Below are positions 36,708 to 48,823 of a stretch of 64,000 bases of DNA, piece after piece. Below the pieces are notes generated by a model. It did not search any database, had not been told where the DNA came from, and saw only the letters and a program-made list of their open reading frames with translations. Source of the DNA: an uncultured Nitrososphaeraceae archaeon (GTDB lineage Archaea > Thermoproteota > Nitrososphaeria > Nitrososphaerales > Nitrososphaeraceae); the NCBI GenBank assembly GCA_963825865.1, contig CAWGVG010000015.1:64001-128000 (forward strand), given 5' to 3'. The translations under genes were made by a program, and so were the position numbers. How positions within the stretch are numbered: position 1 is the first letter of the stretch; each line of letters opens with the position of its first letter.

Positions 36708-37140
36708 CTATCCGTTACTACTATCAATCTTGCAAAATATAAATTGTAAAGTAACATTTTGGTAAGTAGGTAAGCCAAAAACAACTATAGATAGCAGTAT
36801 AGTTTAAAGAACTTTTATGGTGGTTGCCATCATTTAGAAAGTTGCCTTTCTTGTAGCGAATACGTCATAATGTGGAGCCCTATATTCAGAATACGTTGAC
36901 CCGTTTCATACTTCGTAACTTTTATTAAACAATACCTTATTCAATTAGATACATTAATTTCTATTAGTGCGTTTATTAGCAATTAGAGCTGCAAGCTTAT
37001 AACTAGAAGATACATCCTTGTAATGCTCCTATTGTGTATACGTAATGTATGATATTTTCGTACTATCGATATTAGTGCTATTTTTTGTATGGACATTATA
37101 CATAAGCCACGAATTTAAAGTGGTTTGAAATTCGAGTTAT

Positions 37141-38058
37141 CTAATTAATAGGTGTTAACCATTTTATGCTGAACTTCTGATCCTTGCCATGGACTACAGC
37201 TTCGAAAAATGTTTTGAGCTGTTTTGTAATCATACCTGCTTTTCCATCACCAATTAGTCTATTATCAATTTCAGCAACTGGTTTCAATTGGGCGGCGGTT
37301 CCAGTTAAAAATAATTCATCAGCAATGTACAATTCATCCCTTGAAATATCACGGATCTCGCAAGGAATATTATGCTCTTTTGCTAAGGTTATTATACTGT
37401 CTCGTGTAACACCATTGAGAGCTCCAGATGATACTGGTGGGGTAATCAAAGTACCATCTTTCACAATAAAGACATTTTCTGCACTGGCTTCTACAACAAA
37501 GCCGTTTGCATTAAGCATAATTGCCTCATCAAATCCTGCTTTTAGTGCTTCAACTCTGGCTAACGCAGAATTAGCGTAATTTGCTGTTGCTTTAGCATGA
37601 ATGGGCATTGACCTACCATCAATTCTTGTCCAAGCAGAAACCATAAGCCGTGCGCCCTTTCTTGCATTATTTCCCTTTAGATATTCATCCCACTTCCAAA
37701 CAGCGATTGCCACAGAAACCTTATTGGGTAGAGGATTGACACCCATTTTGCCATAACCATAATACGCGATCGGACGTATATAGCATTCCTCTATTTTATT
37801 TGCCTTGATAGTATCAATTACTGCCTTTTGCAATTGTTCTTTGGAATATCTAAGTTCCATGAAATAGATCTTACCACTGTCTATCAATCGCTGGATGTGA
37901 TCCGACAAACGAAAAACTGCCTGACCACTTACGGTTTTATAACAGCGAATTCCTTCAAATACGCCTGTTCCATAGTGTAAACCATGTGTAAGAATATGGA
38001 TCCTTGCCTCGTCCCATTTTACAAGAGATCCATCTATCCATATTCTCCCTTCAGTCAT
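37141..38058 (-). CDS. ilvE: Branched-chain amino acid aminotransferase
   Basis: HGLHYGTGVFEG, AKATANY, GFDEAIML, LNGVTR, ELFLTGTAA. Confidence 0.95.
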   Translation of the reverse strand: MTEGRIWIDGSLVKWDEARIHILTHGLHYGTGVFEGIRCYKTVSGQAVFRLSDHIQRLIDSGKIYFMELRYSKEQLQKAVIDTIKANKIEECYIRPIAYYGYGKMGVNPLPNKVSVAIAVWKWDEYLKGNNARKGARLMVSAWTRIDGRSMPIHAKATANYANSALARVEALKAGFDEAIMLNANGFVVEASAENVFIVKDGTLITPPVSSGALNGVTRDSIITLAKEHNIPCEIRDISRDELYIADELFLTGTAAQLKPVAEIDNRLIGDGKAGMITKQLKTFFEAVVHGKDQKFSIKWLTPIN

Positions 38059-39488
38059 ATATTATCTTATTACTGTCATGAATTTTACTTCGTTTAGCAT
38101 GAATTGCCTTTATTGCGTCTCCTACATTGGTGCCCTTATCTTCCACGACTATCAAAATTCGTGACGTCTCTTCTTGGGCATCTAGGTTCAAGATGTTAAT
38201 ATCATGTTCCCCAACCGTACTACTAGCGGTGGATGCGATTTTTGGCATGCGCCACATCTGGTCACCAATTAAAGTAACAACCCCTCTTCCATATACAATT
38301 TCTGCCTTTGGATAATATGCTTTAAAATGACGTTCATGCCTTCTAACGTAATCTGCATCAAGGAAAAGTAATCTTGTTATTTCGATATCATCCTTCCTGA
38401 AAGGAGATAATTTTACAAAATCGTAATACTGTTTATCTTTTTCAATTGATGCTATTAGATATGATGCTGCAATGCTTTCCATTCTTACAATTGCACAATT
38501 CTTCTTTCCAGTAACAATCTTTATCAATTTGTTATCTTCTATAGGAGGGTTTTTCTGAATTATTGTAATATTGGCCGGATTTTTAATGTTAGTAATAATC
38601 ATTGGAATGTCCAGATTGTTATCATCGATCTCCTTTATAGCTATAGGATCAAGAATCTTCATCCCGAACATACCCGCTAGCTTTGCTTCGTTGTAGGATA
38701 GATATTTTATATATTCGAGGTCATCATTTACAATCTTGGGGTCAGCGCTTAATACACCGCTATCTTTTTCAAAATCCACTTTTGCATCAAAATGACTTTG
38801 TAACAGTATTGCGATGTCCGTTGCTGTCCTATCTGACCCTCCACGTTCATATGTTGTTTCAAGTCCATCAATACTTTTACCGATAAAACCTCCTATTGAT
38901 ACAACTTCATTGTGGTTTACTAGATCAATTAGGTAGCTGTTGTTTTGTTTTGATTCTTCGACCATAAAGGTGGCAGCCTCAAAATTATCGTCGGTAATTA
39001 TTGGCCATTTTTCGATATCAACGTGATCGGATTTAATACCATAGCTGCGCATTACGTAGTCCATCAGATAAGACATTGTAACTTCTCCACTGTATGCGAG
39101 CGTTCTAGACCTTATTACATCTACAAAACGCTTGTTCTCTGCGGCCTGTTTTAATGATATTATTACCTGACGATAGAACTTATCAAGATTTTCCAAAAAA
39201 TTGTCACGGAATTTTTCAGAAACGTGATCAGGCAGCAATTCTTTCATAAACTTCGCGTAAAACCTCAATCTCGATGGGATTAGAAGAGGCATAACTTCTT
39301 CCAACTTTCATGGCAACATCAGTCATAGATTTTGCCTTTTCTTCATAAATAATAAGCGGAGCAGAGAAAACTGAAATAACCTTGGTCTTCTTACTTATTT
39401 GCTTTATCCTATCAATAATTTTTGGAATGAAAACACCATCTACTCCGATGGTACTGCCGCCAAATTTAGCCACTGTAACAGGAATCAA
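38051..39488 (-). CDS. Aspartate kinase (indel near 39240)
   Basis: VAKFGGS, ERGGSDRTA, VLSADPK, LSYNEA, ACT-like C-terminus. Confidence 0.88.
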
Positions 39489-39937
39489 TTATTTGGATCG
39501 CTTTAGATGTTACTGATTATTCCCTATATTAAATATTCAAAATAGTCTAACCAAGACATTCTTTAGTCGATAGCAATGCCTGTCTCTTGTGTTCTTTTGT
39601 CTTTTACTGACTTTTTCTCTTCAATATCCAGACTTAGCACCGTCATTTTTAATTGAATGTAGTAGTGTCTCGGGTCATTGAATATATTTTGAGTATCCTA
39701 TAACTTATTTGTCTTATTAAGAGTCAAGAAGAATGTGATATACTAATCGGACTGATATGTGACTTAGACATAGAATATTAACGATATCTGTTATATAACA
39801 CAATGTTAGAGCGACAGAAGTCATAGAAGGTTGAACATTTCAATATATATACAACAATTTTGCAGAACAGTTTCTGGCTCTTTGCATATGTATGTATATA
39901 ATCATCTCTCCTTTCAATGTAATGAAGAATAATATCT

Positions 39938-40816
39938 TTATTCAGCTGATAGATCCCAGTAATTTGCGTCCTTAAATTCTTCTTTAGGTTTGCCCAAAGA
40001 CTTCCATTCTCTAAATGATTTTGAATATAATTTCACATTTTTTACTCCTGCTAATTTTAGTGCATAATATGCCAGGCCAGATAATGTTCCAACACTACCA
40101 CAATATGTGATAATTTCAGAGTCAGTTGAAATTCCTCTATTTTCAATAAACCTCTTTACTTCTTCTGCCTTGCGCAATATACTGCCATTGGATCCAATCA
40201 TAGTGTATGGGATATTTTTGGCACCAGGAATGTGCTCAGTCAGGAAGTTGAGCCGTTCTCTAGCATCTATCAATATTTTATTAGGGTGCTCCTTTGCGCT
40301 CTCAACATAAGCCGCATCTGCATGAATATTGTGATTCACATTCAATGAATGTTTTGACTTGGTAAAAGTATTGATTTTCTTTTCAGTTTCTAGTCCTAGA
40401 TTCTTCCAATGACTAAATGTCATTTCGAGTAATGCAGTATTTGTATGACCAACATATTGAAAAGTCCATGCAACTCGAGCAGCAAGTGCGCCAAATGTGT
40501 CGTCATATATCACTACAGGCATTTTATCGACTATACTCAAGTCCTGCAAAATATCTATGATCCCTGCAGGCGTCTCTTCCTCTAATAACTGTGCAAGTGG
40601 TAGTGAAACTGCAGTTGGAATGTGTTCTTGTTGGTAATCTTCTACTTTACGGACATCAACTACTCGGACCGCCTTTTTTCGAATCAATGTTCGTAAGGAA
40701 TCAGCATCACAAATGACAGGAAGATTAAAGTGGTTATCAGTATTGTTGTTGTTATTGTCATTTTCGCCATTACTTTCATTTCTTTTTGTTTTTGAAATAT
40801 TTTTCAAGCTGCACAT
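39938..40816 (-). CDS. Tandem-domain rhodanese / sulfurtransferase
   Basis: DVR...HIPTA, DAR...HIPGA, ITYCGS active-site Cys. Confidence 0.9.
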   Translation of the reverse strand: MCSLKNISKTKRNESNGENDNNNNNTDNHFNLPVICDADSLRTLIRKKAVRVVDVRKVEDYQQEHIPTAVSLPLAQLLEEETPAGIIDILQDLSIVDKMPVVIYDDTFGALAARVAWTFQYVGHTNTALLEMTFSHWKNLGLETEKKINTFTKSKHSLNVNHNIHADAAYVESAKEHPNKILIDARERLNFLTEHIPGAKNIPYTMIGSNGSILRKAEEVKRFIENRGISTDSEIITYCGSVGTLSGLAYYALKLAGVKNVKLYSKSFREWKSLGKPKEEFKDANYWDLSAE

Positions 40817-42642
40817 TCTCCTCTGGCAGTCTTTGCACTAAATTTCATATCATTGCCATAATCTCTATATAATTCTGGATCTTCTTCCATTGAAGGCAAT
40901 TGCGTAACAGGAAAGAGTTTTGCTTTCATATTTTCAATGTTCTTTACACTGCCTGTTCCATCTCCACTTACAATTTTATTGATCCACTGGTTCAATGTTT
41001 CAGCACTAGATCTCTCTTGTTTGTATAATTCAATTATCGTCAGAATTGTACCGATGACCCGCTTTGCTGGTATTCGCATTATTGTCTTCCCTAATTCCCC
41101 CTGTTCCCCTGCGCTTCCGCCAAATAGCATTGTATAGGTTGGAGCCATCGCTGTTCCAATCCTTGATGCACCTCCAAAGAATCCGATCGTGGCAATTTCA
41201 TGCTGTCCACACGAGTTAGGGCATCCGCTGATCTTGATTGTTGAATCCCTCAGACTATCGTCAGTATCAAGTCCTAATTGCAAGAACTTTAGTTGTACTT
41301 CTTTTGCCAGTCTGTGAGAGTTTGTAATTGCTAGATTACAGGAGGTAGTCCCAGAACATCCAACTGCTGATGCAATTGTTAATGCTCCGGGATTTGCTAA
41401 ACCAATTGATGCTAGCCTGTTATAAAAATCACGCAAATCATTGTTACCTATATACCGGATTGCAAAGTTCTGCTGTGGTGTATTTCTCGCAGTACATTCT
41501 TCAGAGAAGTCACGGATCGTTCTTGCTAATACTCGGAGTTGGTTTGCTGTAATATCGCCTGCTCCCAACGTCACAAATACAGTAAAATAGCCCTGCTGTT
41601 TTTGTGGAACGACATTTGTATGTAACCATCTTTCATATGCTGGGCTATCTACAGTAACTTGTTCATCTAGCATCTGTAGTTTGGTTATGGTATGCATTGT
41701 CTTTGGTAACTCTCTAACTCCTTCTTCTACCTTAACGTCAAAAAGTTTCGCTGTAGAGACAGCAGTAGTCATTTCTACTATAGAGCGCTCTTTGAGTACC
41801 ATCTTTTGGAATTTATCCCAGCCTATTTCGTGAACTAAATAGCGCATTCTGTTCCTAGCCATATTTTCACGGTTGCCATGTCTATCAAATAGCCTAATAG
41901 TGGCCATGCTCGTTGGGAGGAGTTTGTCCTGCGGTGTAAAATCCTCTAATAGATGACCTATAAATGATGCTGCACCTAGACCGCCGCCGAGGTAGATCTT
42001 AAATCCTCTTACCCCATCTTTTATTACAGGTATTAAACCAATATCTGCAATTCTTACCAGCCCGTGTTTAACACAACAGGCAAAATTAACCTTGAACTTA
42101 CGTGGAAGGTTCTGACATATCGGATTTCTTATAAAGAAACGTGCAATTGCCTTAGCATATGGAGTAGCGTCAAACTCCTCATCTGGACAGACGCCAGCAA
42201 AATGACTACACATCACATTTCTAACGGTATTGCCACAAGCTTCTCTTGTAGTAAGACCTACTTCAACAAGACCTCTCATCACTTCGCTAACATCTTCTAG
42301 TTGTACCCAGTGAAGCTGAATGTTCTGACGAGTAGAGACGTGGGCAGAACCGATGGAGAAGGCCTCCGATAAACTCGCAATCTTTTCAATCTGCGTGGGA
42401 GTAATTTCTCCACTCGGGACTTTAATTCTAACCATGCTATAATTCATCTGTAGCCTGGAACCATAGGCACCATGTTGCAATCTAAAACGACGAAACTCGT
42501 CTTCAGAAACCTTACCCTGTCTGAAAAGTTTAGTTTTTTGAGCAAAAACTTCGGTTTCCTCTTCCCTACCCCATTTAGGATTAGGTTCTGGAATTGCAAC
42601 GCTATTATGTTTAGAATTAACATCGATGCTAATCTTCTTCAA
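40804..42642 (-). CDS. Ferredoxin-dependent sulfite/nitrite reductase (siroheme, 4Fe-4S)
   Basis: STRQNIQLH, EACGNTVRN, LPRKFK, CSGTTSC, ISGCPNSCGQH. Confidence 0.92.
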   Translation of the reverse strand: MKKISIDVNSKHNSVAIPEPNPKWGREEETEVFAQKTKLFRQGKVSEDEFRRFRLQHGAYGSRLQMNYSMVRIKVPSGEITPTQIEKIASLSEAFSIGSAHVSTRQNIQLHWVQLEDVSEVMRGLVEVGLTTREACGNTVRNVMCSHFAGVCPDEEFDATPYAKAIARFFIRNPICQNLPRKFKVNFACCVKHGLVRIADIGLIPVIKDGVRGFKIYLGGGLGAASFIGHLLEDFTPQDKLLPTSMATIRLFDRHGNRENMARNRMRYLVHEIGWDKFQKMVLKERSIVEMTTAVSTAKLFDVKVEEGVRELPKTMHTITKLQMLDEQVTVDSPAYERWLHTNVVPQKQQGYFTVFVTLGAGDITANQLRVLARTIRDFSEECTARNTPQQNFAIRYIGNNDLRDFYNRLASIGLANPGALTIASAVGCSGTTSCNLAITNSHRLAKEVQLKFLQLGLDTDDSLRDSTIKISGCPNSCGQHEIATIGFFGGASRIGTAMAPTYTMLFGGSAGEQGELGKTIMRIPAKRVIGTILTIIELYKQERSSAETLNQWINKIVSGDGTGSVKNIENMKAKLFPVTQLPSMEEDPELYRDYGNDMKFSAKTARGECAA

Positions 42643-42951
42643 TGTGATTTATGTTAGAACACAAAATCATATATCTTTTGTGGAAGAGGATCATTGAAGC
42701 CAGAATATAGTAGACTAATTAGCGCCTAAAATAGTAGTAATCTAATAAATATAGGAAATTATCCTGACTAATCTCAAAATTATAGATCAAACGTTAAGAA
42801 AACAACTTTTTATATTATTGACGTCTTTCTTTTCTGAACATACTGTTTTCTTTAAAGCGAAAATGGAAAATATATAAAGTTATCCAGTAAAATGCTACTT
42901 TCCACTACAGTCGTAATACTTTACAGCGGATTATTATAGAAATATATCACA

Positions 42952-43494
42952 TCAGCTGTAACTTGTTGTTTCCTTAACCACCATCTTGCCTTTTGGCATA
43001 GGAATAATTTTGAGTTTTGCCCCTTTAAAATCCTTCTTCAATTGTTTACCTTTAAAAACTCTATCAAGAAATATTGCTAATGCAGCAATTTCTGAATGTG
43101 GCTGATTTCCGATTGCTAGATTATAGTCAGCAAGTTCATACATTTCTCTTGGAACCTTTTCTGCACCAATCACTACAAGAACTTTATTCTCTTTTTGTAG
43201 ATCACCTATTGCATTCTCTATATTGATACCATACATTGTTAAATGGACAACTTTTCCACAATCTTTCTTCCAGTCCTTGACCATCTTTTTCCAGTCTTCA
43301 ATAATTTCAATTCCAAAATCAGAGCCTCCTCCCCATCTTTTAACAACCTGTTCTAGGGTTTCTTTTATGGAGTTGTCTACTTCTGTCATGTAAATTTTAT
43401 CGCTTCCAAATGCTCTAGAGACTAGGACTGCGTGTGAAGTTATGCGATCGTCCCGCACCAATCGATGTCCTATTCTAAGAACTGATACCTTCAT
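42952..43494 (-). CDS. trm56: tRNA (cytidine-56-2'-O)-methyltransferase
   Basis: LRIGHRLVRDDRITSH, VHLTMYG, GAEKVP, NQPHSEIAAL. Confidence 0.93.
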   Translation of the reverse strand: MKVSVLRIGHRLVRDDRITSHAVLVSRAFGSDKIYMTEVDNSIKETLEQVVKRWGGGSDFGIEIIEDWKKMVKDWKKDCGKVVHLTMYGINIENAIGDLQKENKVLVVIGAEKVPREMYELADYNLAIGNQPHSEIAALAIFLDRVFKGKQLKKDFKGAKLKIIPMPKGKMVVKETTSYS

Positions 43495-44614
43495 TAAACT
43501 CCTCCTCCTCTTGCTGATCATAAGGGATTCTGCTTTCTTCCTCATTAGGAAAAACTAGCAATGACATTAAATTTTCTAATTTATCAATGTTAAATCCCGT
43601 CTTTGCAGACACTGGCATAATGCGTTTTGAGTCAAGGATATCCAGATAAGCGGATTTATCATATGCATCTTCGATTCTAGTCAAGTCTACCTTGTTCAGC
43701 ACATAGACTACTTTAGTCATTGGCACTCCAAGCTCGTTCATCACATGCATGGAGCTGTCAAGTTTTCTTCCAACTTCTTCTATTGTCTGGCTTATATCAA
43801 GTACAAGCAAAATAAGATCAGAATAAATTAATTCATGAAGTGTAGATTTAAAAGCATCAACCATATATGCTGGTAGTTTGCTTATGAAACCTACAGTGTC
43901 TGAAACTAGAACTTTGCCCCGATTAAAATTAACTGCCCTGGTGGACGTTGACAAAGTCGTAAATATTCCATCTCCTGCATTTTTCGATTCTCCTGTCAAA
44001 GTATTGAATAAGGTTGTTTTGCCTGCAGAGGTATATCCAGCAAGTGAGATTGTAGGCAGACCAGCTTTTGACCGTTGAATTCTATAAAGCTTTCTTCTTA
44101 TTTCTTCTTTTTCCAATTTTTTCTTTATAACAGACGCACGTTTTTTAATATCAAGGTAATAGACATCAGCATCATATTTGCCCATGCCAAAAAATCCTGG
44201 CTGCTCACCCGTCTTCGCAAGTCTAACTTTTTCTCGAGCTCTGATCATATCGTATCGTAGCTGTGCGAGTTTGATCTGATATCTCGATTCTGCAGTGCTT
44301 GCTCTTCGTTCGAAAATCTCTAATATTAAACGTTCTCTATCAAGAATTTCAATCTTACATAGACTTGCTAAATTATACTGCTGACTTGGCTTTAACACCT
44401 CATCAAAAATGATTACTTGAGGTTGTAATTGTTCGACTAGTTCTTTTACCTCTTCTGCCTTTCCACTTCCAATGCCATATCTTGATCTTGTAATATGATG
44501 CTGGCTCACTATTGTTTCAACAGAGTACCCTGCTGTGTCAGCTAGGGAAGTTGCTTCTTTCACTGCTCCTTGGGATGGATATGTGATCAGGATAGCCTTC
44601 CTTGAATTTAACAT
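43475..44614 (-). CDS. hflX: GTPase HflX
   Basis: DRERLILEIF, GYTSAGKTT, FTTLST, DTVGF, NKVD, SAKTG. Confidence 0.93.
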   Translation of the reverse strand: MLNSRKAILITYPSQGAVKEATSLADTAGYSVETIVSQHHITRSRYGIGSGKAEEVKELVEQLQPQVIIFDEVLKPSQQYNLASLCKIEILDRERLILEIFERRASTAESRYQIKLAQLRYDMIRAREKVRLAKTGEQPGFFGMGKYDADVYYLDIKKRASVIKKKLEKEEIRRKLYRIQRSKAGLPTISLAGYTSAGKTTLFNTLTGESKNAGDGIFTTLSTSTRAVNFNRGKVLVSDTVGFISKLPAYMVDAFKSTLHELIYSDLILLVLDISQTIEEVGRKLDSSMHVMNELGVPMTKVVYVLNKVDLTRIEDAYDKSAYLDILDSKRIMPVSAKTGFNIDKLENLMSLLVFPNEEESRIPYDQQEEEEFNEGISS

Positions 44615-44617
44615 CTA

Positions 44618-45031
44618 TCATTCCTCTTCTCCAATACTTACATACAATTTAATTCCCAAGAATCTTTCCAACTTTTTAGCAAGTATTTCATCAGGTTTCA
44701 AGGCTCCTGTTTCAAATTTTCTCAATAGTGTTGACTTTTCATTCATCCGCGTTCCCAGTTGCTCATGCGTCAGACCTTTTTTCATTCGTGCTTCCCTAAT
44801 AATTTTTGCAAAGTCAGGGCTAAGTATTGTATCATCTATCATTTGAATTTTGGTATTAGTTTTTTTTGAGGTAGGCAAAAGGGTAGTTTTTCTTTTAGGA
44901 GTTCCAGCTGAGACGTATGGTTTTCCACGTTTCGAACACGATATACAGACGTTAAATATTGTGCCATCAATCAAGACTGTTTTTTTTCCCTCAATTACCT
45001 GACGTCCACACAGCTCACAAAATAGCGACAT
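44618..45031 (-). CDS. mbf1: Archaeal multiprotein bridging factor aMBF1
   Basis: N-terminal CELCG...CISC Zn ribbon plus HTH (IREARMKKGLTHEQLG). Confidence 0.9.
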   Translation of the reverse strand: MSLFCELCGRQVIEGKKTVLIDGTIFNVCISCSKRGKPYVSAGTPKRKTTLLPTSKKTNTKIQMIDDTILSPDFAKIIREARMKKGLTHEQLGTRMNEKSTLLRKFETGALKPDEILAKKLERFLGIKLYVSIGEEE

Positions 45032-45500
45032 TCAAAGTCTTTTTGCTTAATCTAGATTTAGTCTTTTCCCAATGTTCTCTGAAGAACTTATCGCTATAAC
45101 TTAATATTACTATCTCTAATTGCCTTGATTCATGTGCACTTAGCTTGATATATATATATATTTATATTTATATATATCATGAATCACCGATATTATGGGC
45201 TTTTTTATTGCTATATCGGTAGATTATAGCAATAGGAGTTTTTATCCAAAGATTGCTTCTTGAGTGCAAAAAGTATAAGTATATGCTTTATGGCTTCTCC
45301 GGTCAACTCCTTTTCCTCTTTTGCCTTAGAAAAGAATTTGCCCTACTTCATAACGACTGTATGCTCACTCTATTTTAGCAGCTGTGCCAAAAAAAACCTT
45401 ATTTATACTGGGATTGTCGATGGTTCCTCATTTAATTAAAGCTTTTTAATTTATCATAAACAGCATATAAATCCAGATAAATTTATGTGAGTATTTTCAG

Positions 45501-45992
45501 TTGTTATCCGTAGTGAAACCATTACCTTTGAACCCAAAAGAGAAAATATGCTATCATATTGACGCTGTTTTTGGAATGGGCGTCTCAGATGGTCTTTCAG
45601 AAAATCTCCAATTTCAGTATTCAAGACGAACTGGACGGATCAAAAATTTCAGTATTGGAAATCAGTTATTCGCGACACTGCGAACTGACGGTGGACTTGC
45701 TTTAACAATATTTGGTGCAAAAGAATTATTCAAGAATAGACGTTTTAAAGAGAATTGTATCATTCCATCTGATGAAGCTGTGCCATTTATTAGTGTTGGT
45801 AAATCCGTATTTTGTAAGTATGTAGAATGGTGTGGCTCAAATGTAAAAGTTGGATCCGACGTCGCAATCATTGACAAAAATGACATGATTATAGCAATAG
45901 GCAGGGCCCTATTTGGATCTGATCTCATGAGAAAGTGTCATAATGGCGTTGCTGTGAAGATTAGAGAAGGAATAAAAAGTAGGATAAAATAG
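45501..45992 (+). CDS. PUA-domain RNA-binding protein
   Basis: SRRTGRIK, ATLRTDG, GKSVFCKYV, GVAVKIREG. Confidence 0.85.
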   Translation: MLSVVKPLPLNPKEKICYHIDAVFGMGVSDGLSENLQFQYSRRTGRIKNFSIGNQLFATLRTDGGLALTIFGAKELFKNRRFKENCIIPSDEAVPFISVGKSVFCKYVEWCGSNVKVGSDVAIIDKNDMIIAIGRALFGSDLMRKCHNGVAVKIREGIKSRIK

Positions 45993-46004
45993 ATAATAAT
46001 TGGT

Positions 46005-46343
46005 ATGATGCGTGGGGGCAATCGGGATATGAGGCGCATGTTGGATAAGATGGGACTTGATATGAAAGACCTTGGCACTATTGAAGAAGTAGTTATCAGA
46101 ACTGAGACCAAGGAGCTTTATATCACAAAGCCTCAAGTAATAGAAATGAAAGGGAAAGATAGTACCATTTTTCAAGTTGTCGCAACGGATATCGAAGAGA
46201 AGCAAAGAGATATTCCTATGTTTAAGGAAGAAGATATTATCCTTGTCATGCAACAGGCAAATGTTTCAAAAGAAAAGGCAATTCACGCATTAACGGATAC
46301 AAAAGGAGATATGGCTCAGGCAATTTTGAGTCTTACACCATAG
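46005..46343 (+). CDS. nac: Nascent polypeptide-associated complex protein
   Basis: MRRMLDKMG, EEVVI, EEDIILVMQQANVS...GDMAQAIL. Confidence 0.93.
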   Translation: MMRGGNRDMRRMLDKMGLDMKDLGTIEEVVIRTETKELYITKPQVIEMKGKDSTIFQVVATDIEEKQRDIPMFKEEDIILVMQQANVSKEKAIHALTDTKGDMAQAILSLTP

Positions 46344-46969
46344 AAATGCATTGACATTCATAAAATCAATTATTTATAGTTAACAATTTTTGTGCTTAGA
46401 GCCCTCATTGCAAACCAAGTTTCTTTCCTACAAATTTGTATTTGACGTCTTGAAATCCACGATATCCTTATCTATCCAAAATGAACAGTTGTCATCTGTC
46501 ATAAAGCGGAGGTTGTTGTTGTAATAAATAGATGTAAAGTTTTGGATTATTCCAAGCATGGATAAAGCGAGAGAAGATCTATTAATGTTCAAGAGGCGAA
46601 CTATGGACGAGGCTTAAAGTTTGGTCCTATATTTTAAAGAATAAGATTTTATTACAGATCCAAATTGGCATTATATAATCCTATGAATAATGGCAAATCT
46701 AATTTCCCTCTATCTAAGGATGAATGGCAAGTAGGTACTAGACTCTCTTAGTAACACAGTTTTCAATGAGGAGCTTACAGATGAAGCAAGGAAAAATGCT
46801 AAAGAATTATTTTTAAAGTTACAAAAAGAGCTTCTGAGAATATAAATCATAACCAATTATAGGTAAGTGTCGACTTTATACAGTCACGGTAGATAATTAT
46901 TTTACCTTCTATGATTCTAAACGAGTGGAGGATGTTTCTGGTAGTTGATTTAGTCAACGAGGCTTGTTG

Positions 46970-47416
46970 TCAGGAAAGATCTATTGCAAAGCGTAATGAC
47001 CTATACCTGTTATAATCATCTAACAAGATCTTTGCAAGCTGTCTCATAATATCTGTAGCACTCAGCAATCCTACAATTCTATTATCTGCTTCTAGAACTG
47101 CAAGTTGTTTGATCTTATTTTTCGTCATTATCCTTGAGGCAGTGTCTATTGAATCAAATGACATTATTGTTATTAGAGGAGAAGACATGATTTCTTCTAC
47201 TTTGATTCTACTTGCGGCAATGTTCTTTAGACATACACGCTTGATCATGTCACTTTTGGTAATAATGCCAACATGGTGTCCTTTTTTATCTATTACAATT
47301 ACCGAGCATACTTTCTTCTTCATCATAAGGTTGGCAACATCCTGAGCATTCTTACCTGAATCTGCAGATATTGTACTAGTTTCCTTCTCTGAGAGTACCT
47401 CGCTGACGGAGCTCAT
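46970..47416 (-). CDS. CBS-domain pair protein
   Basis: VGIITKSD, IMSSPLITI, IVGLLSATD. Confidence 0.88.
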   Translation of the reverse strand: MSSVSEVLSEKETSTISADSGKNAQDVANLMMKKKVCSVIVIDKKGHHVGIITKSDMIKRVCLKNIAASRIKVEEIMSSPLITIMSFDSIDTASRIMTKNKIKQLAVLEADNRIVGLLSATDIMRQLAKILLDDYNRYRSLRFAIDLS

Positions 47417-47949
47417 GTTTAGTTTACTGGTATGTTCTTTTTTTAGGTTATGCAGAATAACTTCATCTAGGAATCATAAACAGTAGTAGTAAGCTACATT
47501 CTAAAGTTCATATACAGAATATTATTGTATTAAACGCCTACTGATATAGATTTTTATGTCTTTTTTCACTATAGATTCATCTTATTTTCTTGAGCATTTG
47601 AAAGCGTAACCCTGAATCTTTTAGCGCTATTCTCTAAATCGAGAAATCGAATTTCTAATCTCAACTGTTGTCGCACACGAAGATGCGCATCTTGTTGGTT
47701 TAGAAGGCTAGTAAGATCACATCGATCATTTCTTCAACTGTCATTGATCCAGGTCGCCATTTACTGAGGATTAGTGAATGGACTTTATACGTCATCTATC
47801 CATAGTCATATTATATTCTATTATTGCTGGTTGATAACACACAGCATGAAGATCCATATATCCATTTTTGAATTATTTCGAACTTAAATATTAGTTCTTT
47901 CAGGTATGCAATAACTTAAATCACATTGTGAGGAATAGATATATTAATA

Positions 47950-48057
47950 ATGACAAACGAAGCAGAGAGAGAAGAGTTTAAAGACGAAACTCATGATCTA
48001 GAAGATGAAGAACAAGACGAATTGGAAGAAAGTGAGGATCGTGACGATGAAGAATAA
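47950..48057 (+). CDS. Putative 35-aa highly acidic micropeptide
   Basis: MTNEAEREEFKDETHDLEDEEQDELEESEDRDDEE*; TTAAAT box about 30 nt upstream. Confidence 0.5.
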   Translation: MTNEAEREEFKDETHDLEDEEQDELEESEDRDDEE

Positions 48058-48823
48058 TGGAATTATAACAAAACCCTTTGCTAACCAAGTATATGTAAAC
48101 TAAAAATTTTAAAATATTTTAGTTTTTAGTCTACCAGGCTATACGGGGACACGAAAGAACAGTTCAAGAGGACATAGATTCTGAAGCAATTTTATGAAAG
48201 TTTTTTATTTTCCACACACTACTGCAAAGTGGTGTGAAAAGAAAGAGACTAAACCTTTTTGCTCAGTTTAGTTTTAATAATATGCAGTTGGATGACCTTT
48301 TCGCCTAAAACCCTTTCAAATTATACATTATATCATATCAAAAGATCACAATAATATATATTCGGGGATGACTTTATGCAATCGCTCAATAAACAGAAAG
48401 GTTTAACAAGCCAATAATTACATTATTTGACCTGCAAGATAGAAAAGTCTGATAAAAGTACTACACAGCTAACGATGAATATGGAAATAGAATAACACAT
48501 AAAGATTTCCAAACTATTTGCACGGTGATGCATGTATGTAGTTATATCAAAGTTTTTAACAAATTGACATCTATACCTACAATCAATTTTTCTCTGACAT
48601 TACAAAAGCAACAGAAGTAAATAGGGCCTGTTTTTATCTACAACTACAACATTTGACGTGGGACGGTTGTTGCCTAATTTGATATCGCATATGGTGTCAC
48701 CTTTATTCCCAGTTTGTTTGCACATTGTAGTCTGTTAAGGACTTCTAGGTTCCAGCCTATTGATTTAATTAATCCAAATCTTTTCTGATTGTTATATAAT
48801 CTACATTGCAAATTCACGTTGGT

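Noticed and set aside
46498-46845. Possible small gene after nac
   Set aside because: Coding-like but broken by several stops; no family recognised.
48208-48240. Imperfect hairpin as ncRNA or terminator
   Set aside because: Short and imperfect, with no recognisable RNA family.
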